Shown here: positions 25,695 to 36,959 of the stretch, one piece after another
Layout: each line of letters opens with the position of its first letter
Numbering within the stretch: the stretch's first letter is position 1
Assembly: GCA_964270895.1 (NCBI GenBank)
Contig: OZ185436.1
Direction: 5' to 3' (one strand)
Source: Podarcis filfolensis
Taxonomy: Eukaryota
DNA length: 64,000 nucleotides
Made by a program: the position numbers and the translations under genes
The notes under the pieces: model-generated
What the model was told of the DNA's origin: nothing
What the model saw: the letters and a program-made list of their open reading frames with translations, nothing else
Database searches by the model: none

Positions 25695-25883
25695 CTGTTG
25701 GAGAGCGACTTTTCCCCTTTCTCCCCCCAAAAAGCCCAGCAAGAACCTCTGAACAACTTTGACCTGAACCCCTAAAAAAGGGACTTTCCTACCTAAAGAA
25801 AGCTCAACAGCTTTGACCTGAATCCTCCCAAAGGGTAGATCACTGCCAGTTTTTTATTCTCTCTTAGGAGTTGGCCATCCCTG
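25695..25883 (-). mobile_element. hAT-like MITE fragment
   Basis: Ends GGAGTTGGCCATCCCTG (CAGGG-type TIR). Internal repeat CTTTGACCTGAA present twice. Confidence 0.5.
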
Positions 25884-26955
25884 GACTATAGGATCAGACT
25901 ACATTTTCCTTGTATTTTACACTGTGTTTGTGATTAAATTTTCCCTACACAGGAATTTCCATGGTGGAATAGCAGCACATTTAATATTCTCCATTGAACT
26001 TATTCTCACATAGACCAGGTGAAGGAATAATTCTGAAAGAATAATTAAATGTGCTGCTATACATAAATCACACAGTAGACATTTACAGGTCATAAAAGGG
26101 GGGATCAGCCTGTATGTAAATTTTCATCCAGGCTGACAGCTCATTAGAGAATGTTGCTTTTACAGCTCAGCACAGATGAAACTGATTGCCCCTTTAATTT
26201 GAATACAGGGAAATGAAAGGGTTTGTGGAAGGAAGGAGGATATAGGTCAAGTGCATCAGGAAGATGCCAAGCTGTCTGCCCCAGCAACTGCATAATATTT
26301 GCTACTCTTTGAAAGAGCATAACACACTTTTTAACTACTTTCGTGGAAAATTATTATAGTCCCAGAAGAGGAATCTTTCAATTAAATCCCAATAACTCTC
26401 TTTGCTACAAATTAGAAACGCTGTAAAATGTTAATAAGAAAACTTATTCCACTTACATGGCTACATCCAATATTTTACAGCAATGCCAGATTTATATGAC
26501 CCGTAGTGTAATTACACTAAGTGAGTGGTGCTTTGAATGCCCTATAGATAAGGCTTTACCCTTGGTCAATGGAGAAAGCAGCTTGAACATACTGAGCTCT
26601 CGGCTCAAAAGAACAATGTTCTGTAATTCAAGACATCCAGCGGGTGTGGATAGGGCACATTAGCTTCCATGTCCAATGATGTCCAAGGAAGTGTTGCATT
26701 CAACCATCTTTAAATTCTAACTGTTCAGCAGGCTGAAGGCAAACATATAGGAGTGGGAGAGGCACATCCACTGTTTCATCTTTGACAACTATAGAACTAT
26801 GTACCACCCTTCACTTTCAGGGTGGTTTACAGTATAAAACAGAAAATACGTAACACAATAACAAAAACCTCACCCGTCCCACAAAAATATGTTTCTGATT
26901 GCACTCCAAAATGGAGGAGAGAACATAAACTCCCCAAGGAAGATGTAAGAGCTAT

Positions 26956-27455
26956 TGTCAGGAATGAGCCAGCTCCAAGCGAAGGTTTGCAGCCAACTGC
27001 AGAAAGCAGCTAGGAGATGAGAAGCTTTGATGTTAGGCAGAGGAGAGCCAGCAGCTGCAGACTTCGGTTCTTCCTGACCTTGAGGGGAAGGCTAATAAGG
27101 CAGTAGCTGAGAGCAGGCTAGAACACAACCAAAGCTCGCTGGAAGCACAAACAGGTGCAAACATACTCAGAGACAGCCTCTCCGAACGGGAAGAGGTTGG
27201 AGCTGATCTACTAAGTCCGAAGAGTCAGCGAATGGGAGGGCTGCTAGATAGGAAGCAAAACAAGAGACATAAGGGTCGTAAGTTCAATATCTTCTGTCAA
27301 CGCCGGAAGGAGTTTCCAGAAGGGTAATCTTGAGTAATGATGTTGGAGGCTTTGTTAGAGCCCACTGGAGCTATCTGTTTGTTTTTGCAGTAAATCCCCC
27401 TTTTTAATTATCTACGCTTACTGTGTTATCAAGCTGGGAACCTGCACTCCTGACA
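26956..27455 (+). mobile_element. solo LTR (500 bp)
   Basis: 8-bp inverted termini TGTCAGGA...TCCTGACA. Perfect 5-bp TSD GCTAT (26951-26955, 27456-27460). AGTAAA variant poly(A) signal near 27388. Confidence 0.85.
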
Positions 27456-29065
27456 GCTATCATGTAGAAACCAGAGCACTTTGTCCCTTTTCAGCCCTTT
27501 TATTTTCACTGGGGAGTGTATGTCAAACCTCTGGAGCTCTCCTCCATTCCAGATGCAAGGTGTGTAGAACTAGACCAGGGGTGGGGATACATCTGACCCA
27601 CAGGCTTAATTAGGCCCATCAGACTCCCCATTTAGCCCACAAGTCCATTTGGCCAAGACATGCCCAAATCAGGTATGTTGTAGCTAAATTGTGGCTGGGA
27701 CAATAAGGGGTTGGCAGGCATCAATCAACTGATTGGTGGTACTTGCTAGGCTCTGTGCTTAGTACGCCAGTGGCTATTGCACAGATCCCTCCATGATGCT
27801 ATGAAGCCGCAACAGTCAGCTGATTGTCAAAGCTTCAACGTGCTACTGGACAAAAATGGGTCATGTGATTGGAAGGTGGCCAGTCATGCTCACTTGAAAC
27901 CTTGAAAACTATTTAAAAGCAGCAACACAATATCAAGAAAAAAGTACTAATTTGGCACCAGGAAGTTATCAGGGTTTGCTGGCCATATCAACAAAAAAGG
28001 TCTTTTTGACAGCCATCACTCATCTGACAGCAGACAACACTATCAATGGCAAAAAGTATTATGAAAAAATGCCTTGCTGTGCAATCTCAACCATATCTGC
28101 TCAGAAGAAAGTCCTGTTGAATTCAACCCCAGGTAAGTGTGGCTAGGATTGCAACCATGAACTATTAAGTATTATTTAGTCATTACTTAGCAACAAGTGA
28201 ATTGCGGCTGGTTTCTCCATTGCTTTGCAAACAGTGAGAATGATATAAAGAGGGTCTGCTGTAGGAAAACACATCTGCTCCAAACACTCTAGGAATCACT
28301 GCAGAAAGGAACTCACCCCGTACCACAAAGCTCTGATGGGATGCACCATATGTCCTAGTTATCCACTCAAATTGCAACAAGAAAGATAATAATGCCAGCA
28401 TGAAATATTTTCATGTCCCTTTAATGCTAATTAACACATCTGTCTTTAAACTGTGCCCAGGGATTGCCTCACATTCTCTGCTTTCAGATGCAGCTTTCAG
28501 TAATTAAAATGGTAATCAGAATGAAAGCCTTTATTGTTTCCAGTGGAGTGACTTTGCCCTACTAGTTCTATGCTGTTCTGAGGCTTTGATCTGCTCATAT
28601 GTTCTGCCCCTGGACACTGACCTCAGACTTAATGTGATGAAGTTACTGTGAAAACCTTGATGTGTTCTTTGTGGGAACTTAAAAAGCAGTTATTTTCATG
28701 GCATAACAGGGGGCAATCTAGATCCTAATTCTGGGCACATATCTGCATCTTCAAACCACATATGCACTTATCTACAAACCTAAGAAATTAAACTGAATAA
28801 TTCTATGAATTTCCTCTTGCTGCACATCCATTGTAACCTCCTGCTAAGATACACGGGAGAGCTGAGATGTTTTCAGCTTTAAAAAAATCTAAAAAAATCT
28901 ACCTAGGTCAATAACTTTTCAGCTAACATTCAAAGATTGATTTCTTCCTTGGGTTTCAAATCTTTTTCTTGGGATCATTTATTTGTCCTTTATGCCTGAT
29001 GTGGAATGAAAATGATGATGTTTAAATGTGTGATATGCCACTAGGGTGTCATTGACTGTCTAGAT

Positions 29066-29203
29066 CAGTGGTTCTCAACCTGTGGGTCCCCAGATGTTGT
29101 TGGACTACAACTCCCATCAGCCCTGAGCTCTGGCCTTGCTAGCTAGGGGTGATGGGAGCTGTAGTTCAAGAACATCTGGGGACCCACAGGTTGAGAAAGG
29201 CTG
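29066..29203. mobile_element. palindromic hAT MITE
   Basis: Inverted arms TTCTCAACCTGTGGGTCCCCAGATGTT. Perfect 8-bp TSD GTCTAGAT (29058-29065, 29204-29211). Confidence 0.92.
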
Positions 29204-31249
29204 GTCTAGATGCTGAGTAGCAGTGGGAGGCACCAGCTGAGCAGCCCCCAAGGGAGGAAGGCTTAGAGCCAGGAGACTGGTGGTGGGATGATGATGAGTG
29301 GGTACCACATCTTGCCTTTTTGGCTGAAGCTTCCCCATCCCTGATATAAATGGCACATAGCTAGCAGCAGCATCCATAATTTCTATCTTAACCTGTTTTA
29401 TTTTTTAAACCAAAACCAGAAAATGATCAAACATATGTGATAATTGGAGTATATTTATTTCCTTCCCCATAGTATTTAATTTGTGTTCTCTAATTCAGAG
29501 ATTTATTGGGGATGGTCACATTTGGGTGGGTATCATACCCACATCATTCCTGTCTTATTGAGACACCCCCCCACCTGTTTCTATAGAAGGCAGTTCTAGT
29601 TAATTGGGTTATATGTTTTTTTAAATAAAACATTAACAAATGTAAGATAATGGTTTGTAACTTGCTTTAGAGGGGGTTGTTGCCTTGAAAAGCAGCATAA
29701 AAATATTGATGTAGGTAAATAAAGTAAGACAACAGATCCATGTATCCCTCTTTTGATCTCTCAAGGGGTATGAAGTCTTAAGCTTGTATTTGTGTTCTGG
29801 AAACCTGTCTCCAAAGCTACAGGGGTTGTTCCACATTCATTTCCCAGTTGTGTCTTCAAGCTGCATACATTTACCTTTGAGGCATGGGGATGGGGTTACA
29901 GAATCCACAGGAGTCTTCTCTTTTCTAAACAGTCCTGTTTGAAGTAGACTACTGGTCCAGTGCTTCCAAGAGGGAAAATGTTGCAAACTTAACAACTTGC
30001 ACTCAGAGTAAAGAAGAAAATATAAAGTGACGGAAAAACTGCTTTGACTTTGATCACTGCCTGTTACGCAAAGTCAACACACACATCCCAAAGCAAGGGG
30101 GTGAGGGGAAACAATAATGTCAGCTGACTTTCTTTGTCATCTATCATGATCAAAAGATGCTCACTTGGCTCACTTTTGTGGCACACTTTTTTTTATTTCT
30201 TATTTTAGCTTTTTTCCAGATGACTGGGAAAAAGGAGATAATATTCAGTTATTTGACTTTTCTAAATTTTGTTTGCTACTGAATGTGCTCTTTTAACCAA
30301 AGTACAATTTATGCCCCACCACCAATGGCAATATTTCCCCCCCATTTTTAAAAAAACATTGCATGCATGGGGGGGGAGAAGTTACTGAATTTGAAAATTT
30401 AAGTTACATTTTCTCTGTGATTACATTCTCTGTTTTTAGGTACCAGACAAAAACCTTTCTTTTGACCCTGGCTTTCGGCCTGTCATTTAGAGGGCATTGG
30501 GCATACTGGTGGCCTATTTTAGCGGGGTGGGTTGTGTTAGACCTGCAGTTTGTAAACATGTTGTATATATGATATGGAGACTGCAACCTCCCAATGACAT
30601 CTACCCTTCGGAATTCCCCTTCCCTCAAGAATACTAAACACCTACTGAATACCTTGTTCATTCAACAGGCCATTTAAGTTGAAAACTCTCCCAGTCTGCA
30701 TCTGCATTGGAATTGTTTTTAAGATTTTTTTTACTGTGCTATCACTTGCTGCCTTGGGCTCCTTTAGATGGAAGGATGGGATGTTTACATTGAATAATAA
30801 ATTCAATGTAAGTACTTTTTGCCAAGCAGGGTGATCCAGTAGTCCTACTCGGTTAGGCAGCCATGACTCCAGAGCTGACACTGGTGTAACATAGCCACCA
30901 TCCGTAATCTTGTAACAAAATATAGCAACAGTGACAGGCAGTCCTCCAAGCATCCCTGGTAACTTTGTCACCATTCAGCAATCAACATGTTACTTCATAA
31001 CCATCCAAAATAGCAGTGCATAGAAGTCACCAACCAATGCATGGCAATGGCCAAGCTGGCTCCATGATGTCACCCGATGCAAGGTATAGTGCATCACCTA
31101 AACTTGTAGCCCAAGAAAGAGACCCTTTTGCATGTGCTTCATAATGCTGTGGATAGACAGAGAACCCATAGGCTGTAGCACACCATTTCCATAATGCAGC
31201 ACACAACACATTAATTTTGCTACCTATGAGTGGCTATGAGTGGCTATAA

Positions 31250-31600
31250 GGGACGTGGCTGGCACTGTGGGTTAAACCACAGAGCCTAGGACTTGCCGAT
31301 CAGAAGGTCAGCGGTTCGAATCCCCGTGACGGGGTGAGCTCCCGTTGCTTGGTCCCTGCTCCTGCCAACCTAGCAGTTGGAAAGCACGTCAAAATGCAAG
31401 TAGATAAACAGGTACTGCTCCGGTGGGAAGGTAAACGGTGTTTCCATGTGCTGCTCTGGTTCACCAGAAGCAGCTTAGTCATGCTGGCCACATGACCTGT
31501 AAGCTGTACGCCAGCTCCCTTGGCCAATAAAGTGAGATGAGCGCTGAAACCCCAGAGTCGGTCACGACTGGACCTAATGGTCAGGGGTCCCTTTACCTTT
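31250..31600 (+). mobile_element. Sauria SINE, full length
   Basis: tRNA-like head with GGTTCGAATCC B-box and CCCTTTACCTTT tail. ~12-bp TSD TATGAGTGGCTA/TACGAGTGGCTA (31235-31246, 31601-31612). Confidence 0.93.
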
Positions 31601-31843
31601 TACGAGTGGCTAAATAGCTTTTTGCAAGGAAGAGGGAGGTATGGGGCACGCGACTGCCCACACCATTCCACTCATTGGACAATATCACACTCAGTTATCA
31701 ACTCAACAGACTATTTTATAGCACCATCTGTTTATTACAACAGAAGAAAGCCATAAATAGTATATAGCTAAATTGATAGGACCTTTACTGCCATCTTCTG
31801 GCAGATGTATATAAAAAATAAAGCAAGCATACTCAGTGGATAT

Positions 31844-31999
31844 GATAAACTCCCACCCAGAAACTTATATCCCCACTGTGGAAGGACATGTGGATCCAGA
31901 AGTGGCCTCCACAGTCACCTATGGACTCACTGTTAAGACCGTGTTCATGGAATATAATCTTACTTGGCTACAAGTGATCACCAAAGAAGACGAAGACAA
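31844..31999 (+). mobile_element. RTE-clade LINE 3' fragment
   Basis: Reverse-complement homologue of 35594-35765 (CCCCACTGTGGAAGGA...CACAGTCAC...GTGTTCATGGAA), ending in GAAGA-like repeats. Confidence 0.7.
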
Positions 32000-32570
32000 C
32001 ATAATTCCTATACAAGCAATGAGTGCTGTCACCACAACAGAAACAAGATTGCTGGAGCAGGTTAGTCATTATAGGGATATTCCTGGCTCCATCATAAGAA
32101 TGTATTGTCACCGCTATGAGGTAACAGAGTCTATCAGTGAATAGCAGAAATTAATAAATGGTAGGATTTTGATTATTTGTTGTAAGAAGGGATAATACAG
32201 CAGAGGAATTCCTGGACTAACCTATGCAAAAAGACCTGGATGAGCTATGACCATTAAGAAACAATAGAGGGCCATTAAGAGCCATTGGCAATGCAAGAAA
32301 ACTCTCCTTCCTTCCCTGCCCTGAGGTGTGAACAGAGACAGGATATTTGGAAGGTTGGTAGGGTAATGGGGTATGATGTCACTGGAAGGGTTTGGTGCCT
32401 TTGGCTTGCAACAGCTGAAAAAAAAGGACAGAATGATTTTGGATGGCTGTTGAAGGCTGGCTGGGAGAGATGCCCTGGAAAGTCAGGTGCTGCACTGCTG
32501 TGGAGAACAAGCCCCTCTTGAGATGAGCATGCTGTAAGATCTGGACTCTCTGTATGTAGACTAAAGGTGT

Positions 32571-32905
32571 GTTGTTGTTGTTAGTCGTTTAGTCGTGTCC
32601 GACTCTTCATGACCCCATGGACCAGAGCACGCCAGGCACTCCTGTCTTCCACTGCCTCCCACAGTTTGGTCAAACTCATGTTGGTAGCTTCGAGAACACT
32701 GTCCAATCATCTCGTCCTCAGTTGTCCCCTTCTCCTTGTGCCCTCCATCTTCCCCAACACCAGGGTCTTTTCCAGGGAGTCTTCTCTTCTCATGAGGTGG
32801 CCAAAGTATTTGACCAAAGTATTTGACCAAATGTGATCCACCTGGAGCAGGAACCGGCAAGCCACTCCAGTATCCCTACCAAGAAAACTCCATGGACAAA
32901 GACAA
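32571..32905 (-). mobile_element. Bov-B insertion with inverted 5' segment
   Basis: Bov-B 3' end on the - strand (32571-32810, (CAA)n tail) joined to a + strand segment resembling the Bov-B 5'UTR. 13-bp TSD AGACTAAAGGTGT (32558-32570, 32906-32918). Confidence 0.85.
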
Positions 32906-33701
32906 AGACTAAAGGTGTAAATATGTGTAATTAAACCATATTTCTAAAGGCACGACAGTCTCCACTGTGTCCGAATTATCACAGGAACACAGACCCTCGG
33001 TGAGCACCTGGAACTTCCTGGAATCTTGTCACAGCTTGTTAGAGATTGGTGGTGGCTTCCAACTTTTGTAACCGTAAGAAGCACTTGCAGTAGCCTTACA
33101 CAGAGTCCGAGCATTGGGCATATTTTCTCCCTTTTCTGTCTTATTTCTGGGCCAGCAGAAGTCTGCTTTCTATGAGTTCCTTTATGTGAACGTCCCGAAG
33201 GTGTCTTATACATGGCATTGCCTAAGTGGATTGCCCCCTAGGCCACATAAAGAACCAGAATGTAGACATCTCTGAATCTGCATTAAACAAAAGATGCTTT
33301 GAAAGAAAGAGTTTGAGGCTAAAGGTTATTATCTTTATAATATTTTTTTAAAATAATTTTTATCCCGTATTCCCGGAGTGGCCATCCAGATTACTAAAAA
33401 CAAAAATGATAGTCCCTGACCCCAGGAGATAGTAAGCAATTGCATGTACAAGTTTTTAGTTACAAAAATAAGGAACAGAGAATAAAAAAGAAGAGCTTAC
33501 CAGAGACATCTCACCAAAGTAGTGGCAATGCCCCTAGACTAGTGTGATGGTTGAAGCAGAATGTCATCTGCAATGGGCAGGCTGTTGTTTCAAGTCCAGG
33601 GGAATGTCAGTCACCCAGCAGAGCTAAAAACAGCCCTGCAGGGATGAACTCCTACCTCAACACAAACACATAATTAACAGCACGTTCAAAACACAGGAAT
33701 G

Positions 33702-33702
<1 letters not shown>

Positions 33703-33739
<37 letters not shown>
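33703..33739. repeat. (CA)n microsatellite
   Basis: Direct reading. Confidence 0.98.
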
Positions 33740-33741
<2 letters not shown>

Positions 33742-34954
33742 GCCACAAAGTTCCCTGAGGAACCTGGCTCAGGCATTCATTCTCTCCCTCCCTCCCCTCT
33801 CACACACAGAGTTTTACTGCCAGTGATGCATGAGGGGCCAAGCAGGCAGTTCCCAATCCCTTTGCCTTGAAAGAAAGAAAGAAAGAGAAAAAGAACAAAG
33901 AATGGAAGCAAAAACTGGCCTTTGTAGTTCAAAGCACCCTGCAATTGCATGAGCAAGAGGCCAGAAAACACCACACTGTATCTTCTTCCCCATTCTGCAA
34001 AAAGGGGAGGGGGAAACTGCAGAAAGGGAAAAAAGAAGAGGGGAATAGAAGGAGTTGTCTCAGTGGTCCAGACTCCCGAACAACTGACAACCCAGTAAGC
34101 AAGAGGCTGGCCCCCTGGCAAGAGGAAGGAAAAGGTCCCACATGAAAAGTGACTGAGAAACTTTTTTTAAAAAAACTACAACAACCCATCACTCCAACAA
34201 TAAAAATCAAATGAAAATCAAATAAACAACCAATTGTTTTAAAACGTTTTTAACATTGCATTTCATTGTTAGAACCCAGCCAGGGACTGTAGGGTGAAAG
34301 GTGGAACAATAACAACAATAATAATTTAATAGGAGCAGCAGCAGAACTGAAAAGTCATGTGGCAGGGGGTCAGACAAGGTGGCTGGGAAGGAAGGACCTA
34401 AATTCCTCTTTCTACTTCACTACTCATTCAGGTCCCTCCCCCTGCCCCCACAGCAGGAAGCTCTTTCTCTGCTTTCTCTCCTCTCTGCCAGGGTCCCTTA
34501 GGAATGAATCTGTTCTCATCCCTCTGCTATTTCCCCCCCCCCCTCTCTCCACACTGTCCCTGAGTGACCTCCGTGAATTTCGTGGCTTACAGAACCACCT
34601 CTTCATGGTTCTGTAGGCCACCAGATCCTGCTCTACTTCTCAGCTTTCCCTTTCCATATTATTATTATTACTTATTGAATTCATTAGTCACTTTATCTTG
34701 TTCAGGGCAACCCAAAGCGATTTACAACTGATATAGTAACCTCCCTATAATAACCTCACATCTCTAACTTGCCTGTCTGGAGATTTTTACTTGGATCATA
34801 AAAGCATCAAACTCAATATGATCAAAACTTCTCATTCTCCCTTCCTCTCCTATTCTCTAAAGATCCATCCCTGTTACCACCCATGTCACCAGGCATGAAG
34901 CTTCTCTCTCCTGCTTCCCCTGAGTATTCATTCCATCACCATTGTGCAACATCC

Positions 34955-35765
34955 CTCTATTCTTTGGTGATCACTTGCATCCGAGTAAGATTGTCTTCCA
35001 TGTAATGAATTGAAGAAAATGTTTAAAATGACATTTGTAAAGAAACCAGAAGCATTTTTGTTAGGGATTGTAGGACAAGACCTACCAAGGAAAACAAAGA
35101 ACTTATTCATGTATGCTACAACAGCGGCAAGAGTCTTGATAGCACAAGGATGGAAGAACGAGGAAACCCCGACAAAGGAACAGTGGCAAGAAAAATGGAT
35201 GAACTATGCAGAATTGGCTAAACTGACATACAAACTGCGAGATAAGGACAACTGTGACTTCAAAGAAGAATGGGAACTTTTTACAAAGTACTTAAAAAGA
35301 CAACAAAATGAATTGGACTCCTTGGCAGGTTTTGAATAAACATACACAAATTTATTGATTGATAACATGGTAGATAGATAATACAAGGATTGAAATAATT
35401 TTATAATATGCAGAGAATAACGTGTGCTGAGAAATCAGAGAGAGGAGCTGAGGGAAGTCTCAGCGAGAGGAGGGTTTGATGGGGAATGGGAAAAAAAGGG
35501 GGGGGGAAATAATGAATATGATGTTTTGCTATTGTTATGTTGAAATTGTTAATATATTTTTTTTGCAAGGGGGAAAAAAGATTGTCTTCCATGAACACAG
35601 TCTTAGAGGTGTGTCTGTAAGTGACTGTGGAAGCCAATTCTAGATCCATGCATCCTTCCACAGTGGGGACATAGGTTTCCAGGCAGAAGTTGATCATGGT
35701 GAGGGTTTGCCAAATGTGCCTTCCTCTTAGCTCATTTCTCCCTTTTGTCCTGAGTTTGTGTTTCT
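34955..35765 (-). mobile_element. RTE-clade LINE 3' fragment split by an L1 insertion
   Basis: 34955-35002 and 35594-35765 together are colinear with the reverse complement of 31844-31999. Confidence 0.7.
35003..35577 (+). mobile_element. 5'-truncated L1 3' fragment
   Basis: ORF 35010-35339 is the L1 ORF2 C-terminus (KKPEAFLLGIVGQ...YATTAARVLIAQGWK). 16-bp TSD AAGATTGTCTTCCATG (34987-35002, 35578-35593). Confidence 0.9.
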
Positions 35766-35884
35766 TTTTTTGTTGACTTCCTCTATACAAACATGGTGAA
35801 AATATGGCCCTTCCTTCCCACTCCCACTAGTCATCTACCACCTGAGGAATTGTCACCATTTTCTTTCCCCTATTCCAGTCCCAA

Positions 35885-36062
35885 GGGGAAGAGCTGCCAT
35901 TTAGTAGTAGAGAATCTGCTTTGTACACAGAAGGTCCCAGGTTCAATCCTCAACATCCTCTAGGTAGGGCTGTGACTGGGAGAGAGACTCCCTGTCTGAA
36001 ATCCTGGAGAGACACTGTCAGTGTGAATAATACTGAGCTGAATGGAACAATGGCTTGATTCA
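35885..36062 (+). mobile_element. Squam3-like tRNA-derived SINE
   Basis: ...CAGAAGGTCCCAGGTTCAATCC head, then CTGAAATCCTGGAGAG...AATACTGAGC...GATGG-like body. Confidence 0.7.
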
Positions 36063-36212
36063 TCTACTCCAACCCCCTGCAATGCTAAAGCATTCGAGAC
36101 AGATGGCCATTCAACCTCTGCTTAAAAACCACCAAGAAAGGAGAGTCCATCACCTTCCGAGGGAGTCCTTTTCACTGTGGCTCTTAATGTCAGGAAGTTC
36201 CTCCTGATGATA
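36060..36212 (-). mobile_element. CR1 3' fragment
   Basis: TCATCTACTCCAACCCCCTGC...AACCTCTGCTTAAA...GTCAGGAAGTTCCTCCTGATG, typical antisense CR1 tail. Confidence 0.65.
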
Positions 36213-36382
36213 TCATAGCTACTCCCCATCATTTGATGGCCAGTACTAATGTGGTGGGTTCCTGTATGCACTCTGTCTTCTTGTGTCTATATGCAGGGCT
36301 CCCATTGTCTCCAAGACTTTCAGATATTCCTTGTGCTCATCTTGTGGGCTGCCCACTGCGAGAGCTGGACGCTGGTCTAGAG

Positions 36383-36715
36383 CAGGGATTGGCAACTTAA
36401 GGCCCATGGGCCACAAGCGGCCCACAGGGGTCATTTAACCGGCCCACAAGCTGCCCCCGAACTAAGCCGCCTGCTCAGCGAGTCCCCGCGCGCTGCACTA
36501 AATCAGCGGGGACTTGCTTCTTTGGCACCGAAAATTGCGTCCGTGTATGCTCAGACGCCGAAAAACACATGTGCGCAGACACAGATGCCAGAAATCGCAT
36601 CTGCACAGATGCAGATGCTGAAAATTGCGTGCACTCTTACACACGCGATCCGGCCCATGTAGGGGTCTCCGCTGGAGTAAACTGGCCCAGGCGAGGTAAA
36701 CCTTGCTGACCCCTT
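36383..36715 (+). mobile_element. hAT (Charlie-like) MITE just upstream of the VDAC1 CpG island
   Basis: Same family as 12124. TSD GTCTAGAG/GTCTAGAA (36375-36382, 36716-36723). Confidence 0.85.
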
Positions 36716-36959
36716 GTCTAGAAGCTTCACTGGCCTGATTCAGCAGATGCTGCTTACGTTTTTTGGACAGCTCCCCCACCGGGCATTCTTGGCATGCATT
36801 TTAGCATATCCGGAATTCACACCAGCCTTCCGCTGCCTACGTGCGAACGATCCTCACGGATTATCTGGTGTAGCGATCTCTGCTCTCTGGCTTTTAACCG
36901 ATTTCTAGCTGTTTCGAGTGTTCTATTCGCTTGGAGACTTGTGTGTGTAAAGCGAGGAA

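Noticed and set aside
31250-31330. tRNA-like sequence with a B-box (also 19960-20038, 25440-25500, 35885-35950)
   Set aside because: These are SINE heads continuous with SINE bodies and tails. No complete cloverleaf.
32944-33213. Weak resemblance to a decayed RTE reading frame (ASYGYKSW)
   Set aside because: Too degenerate to support without a profile search.
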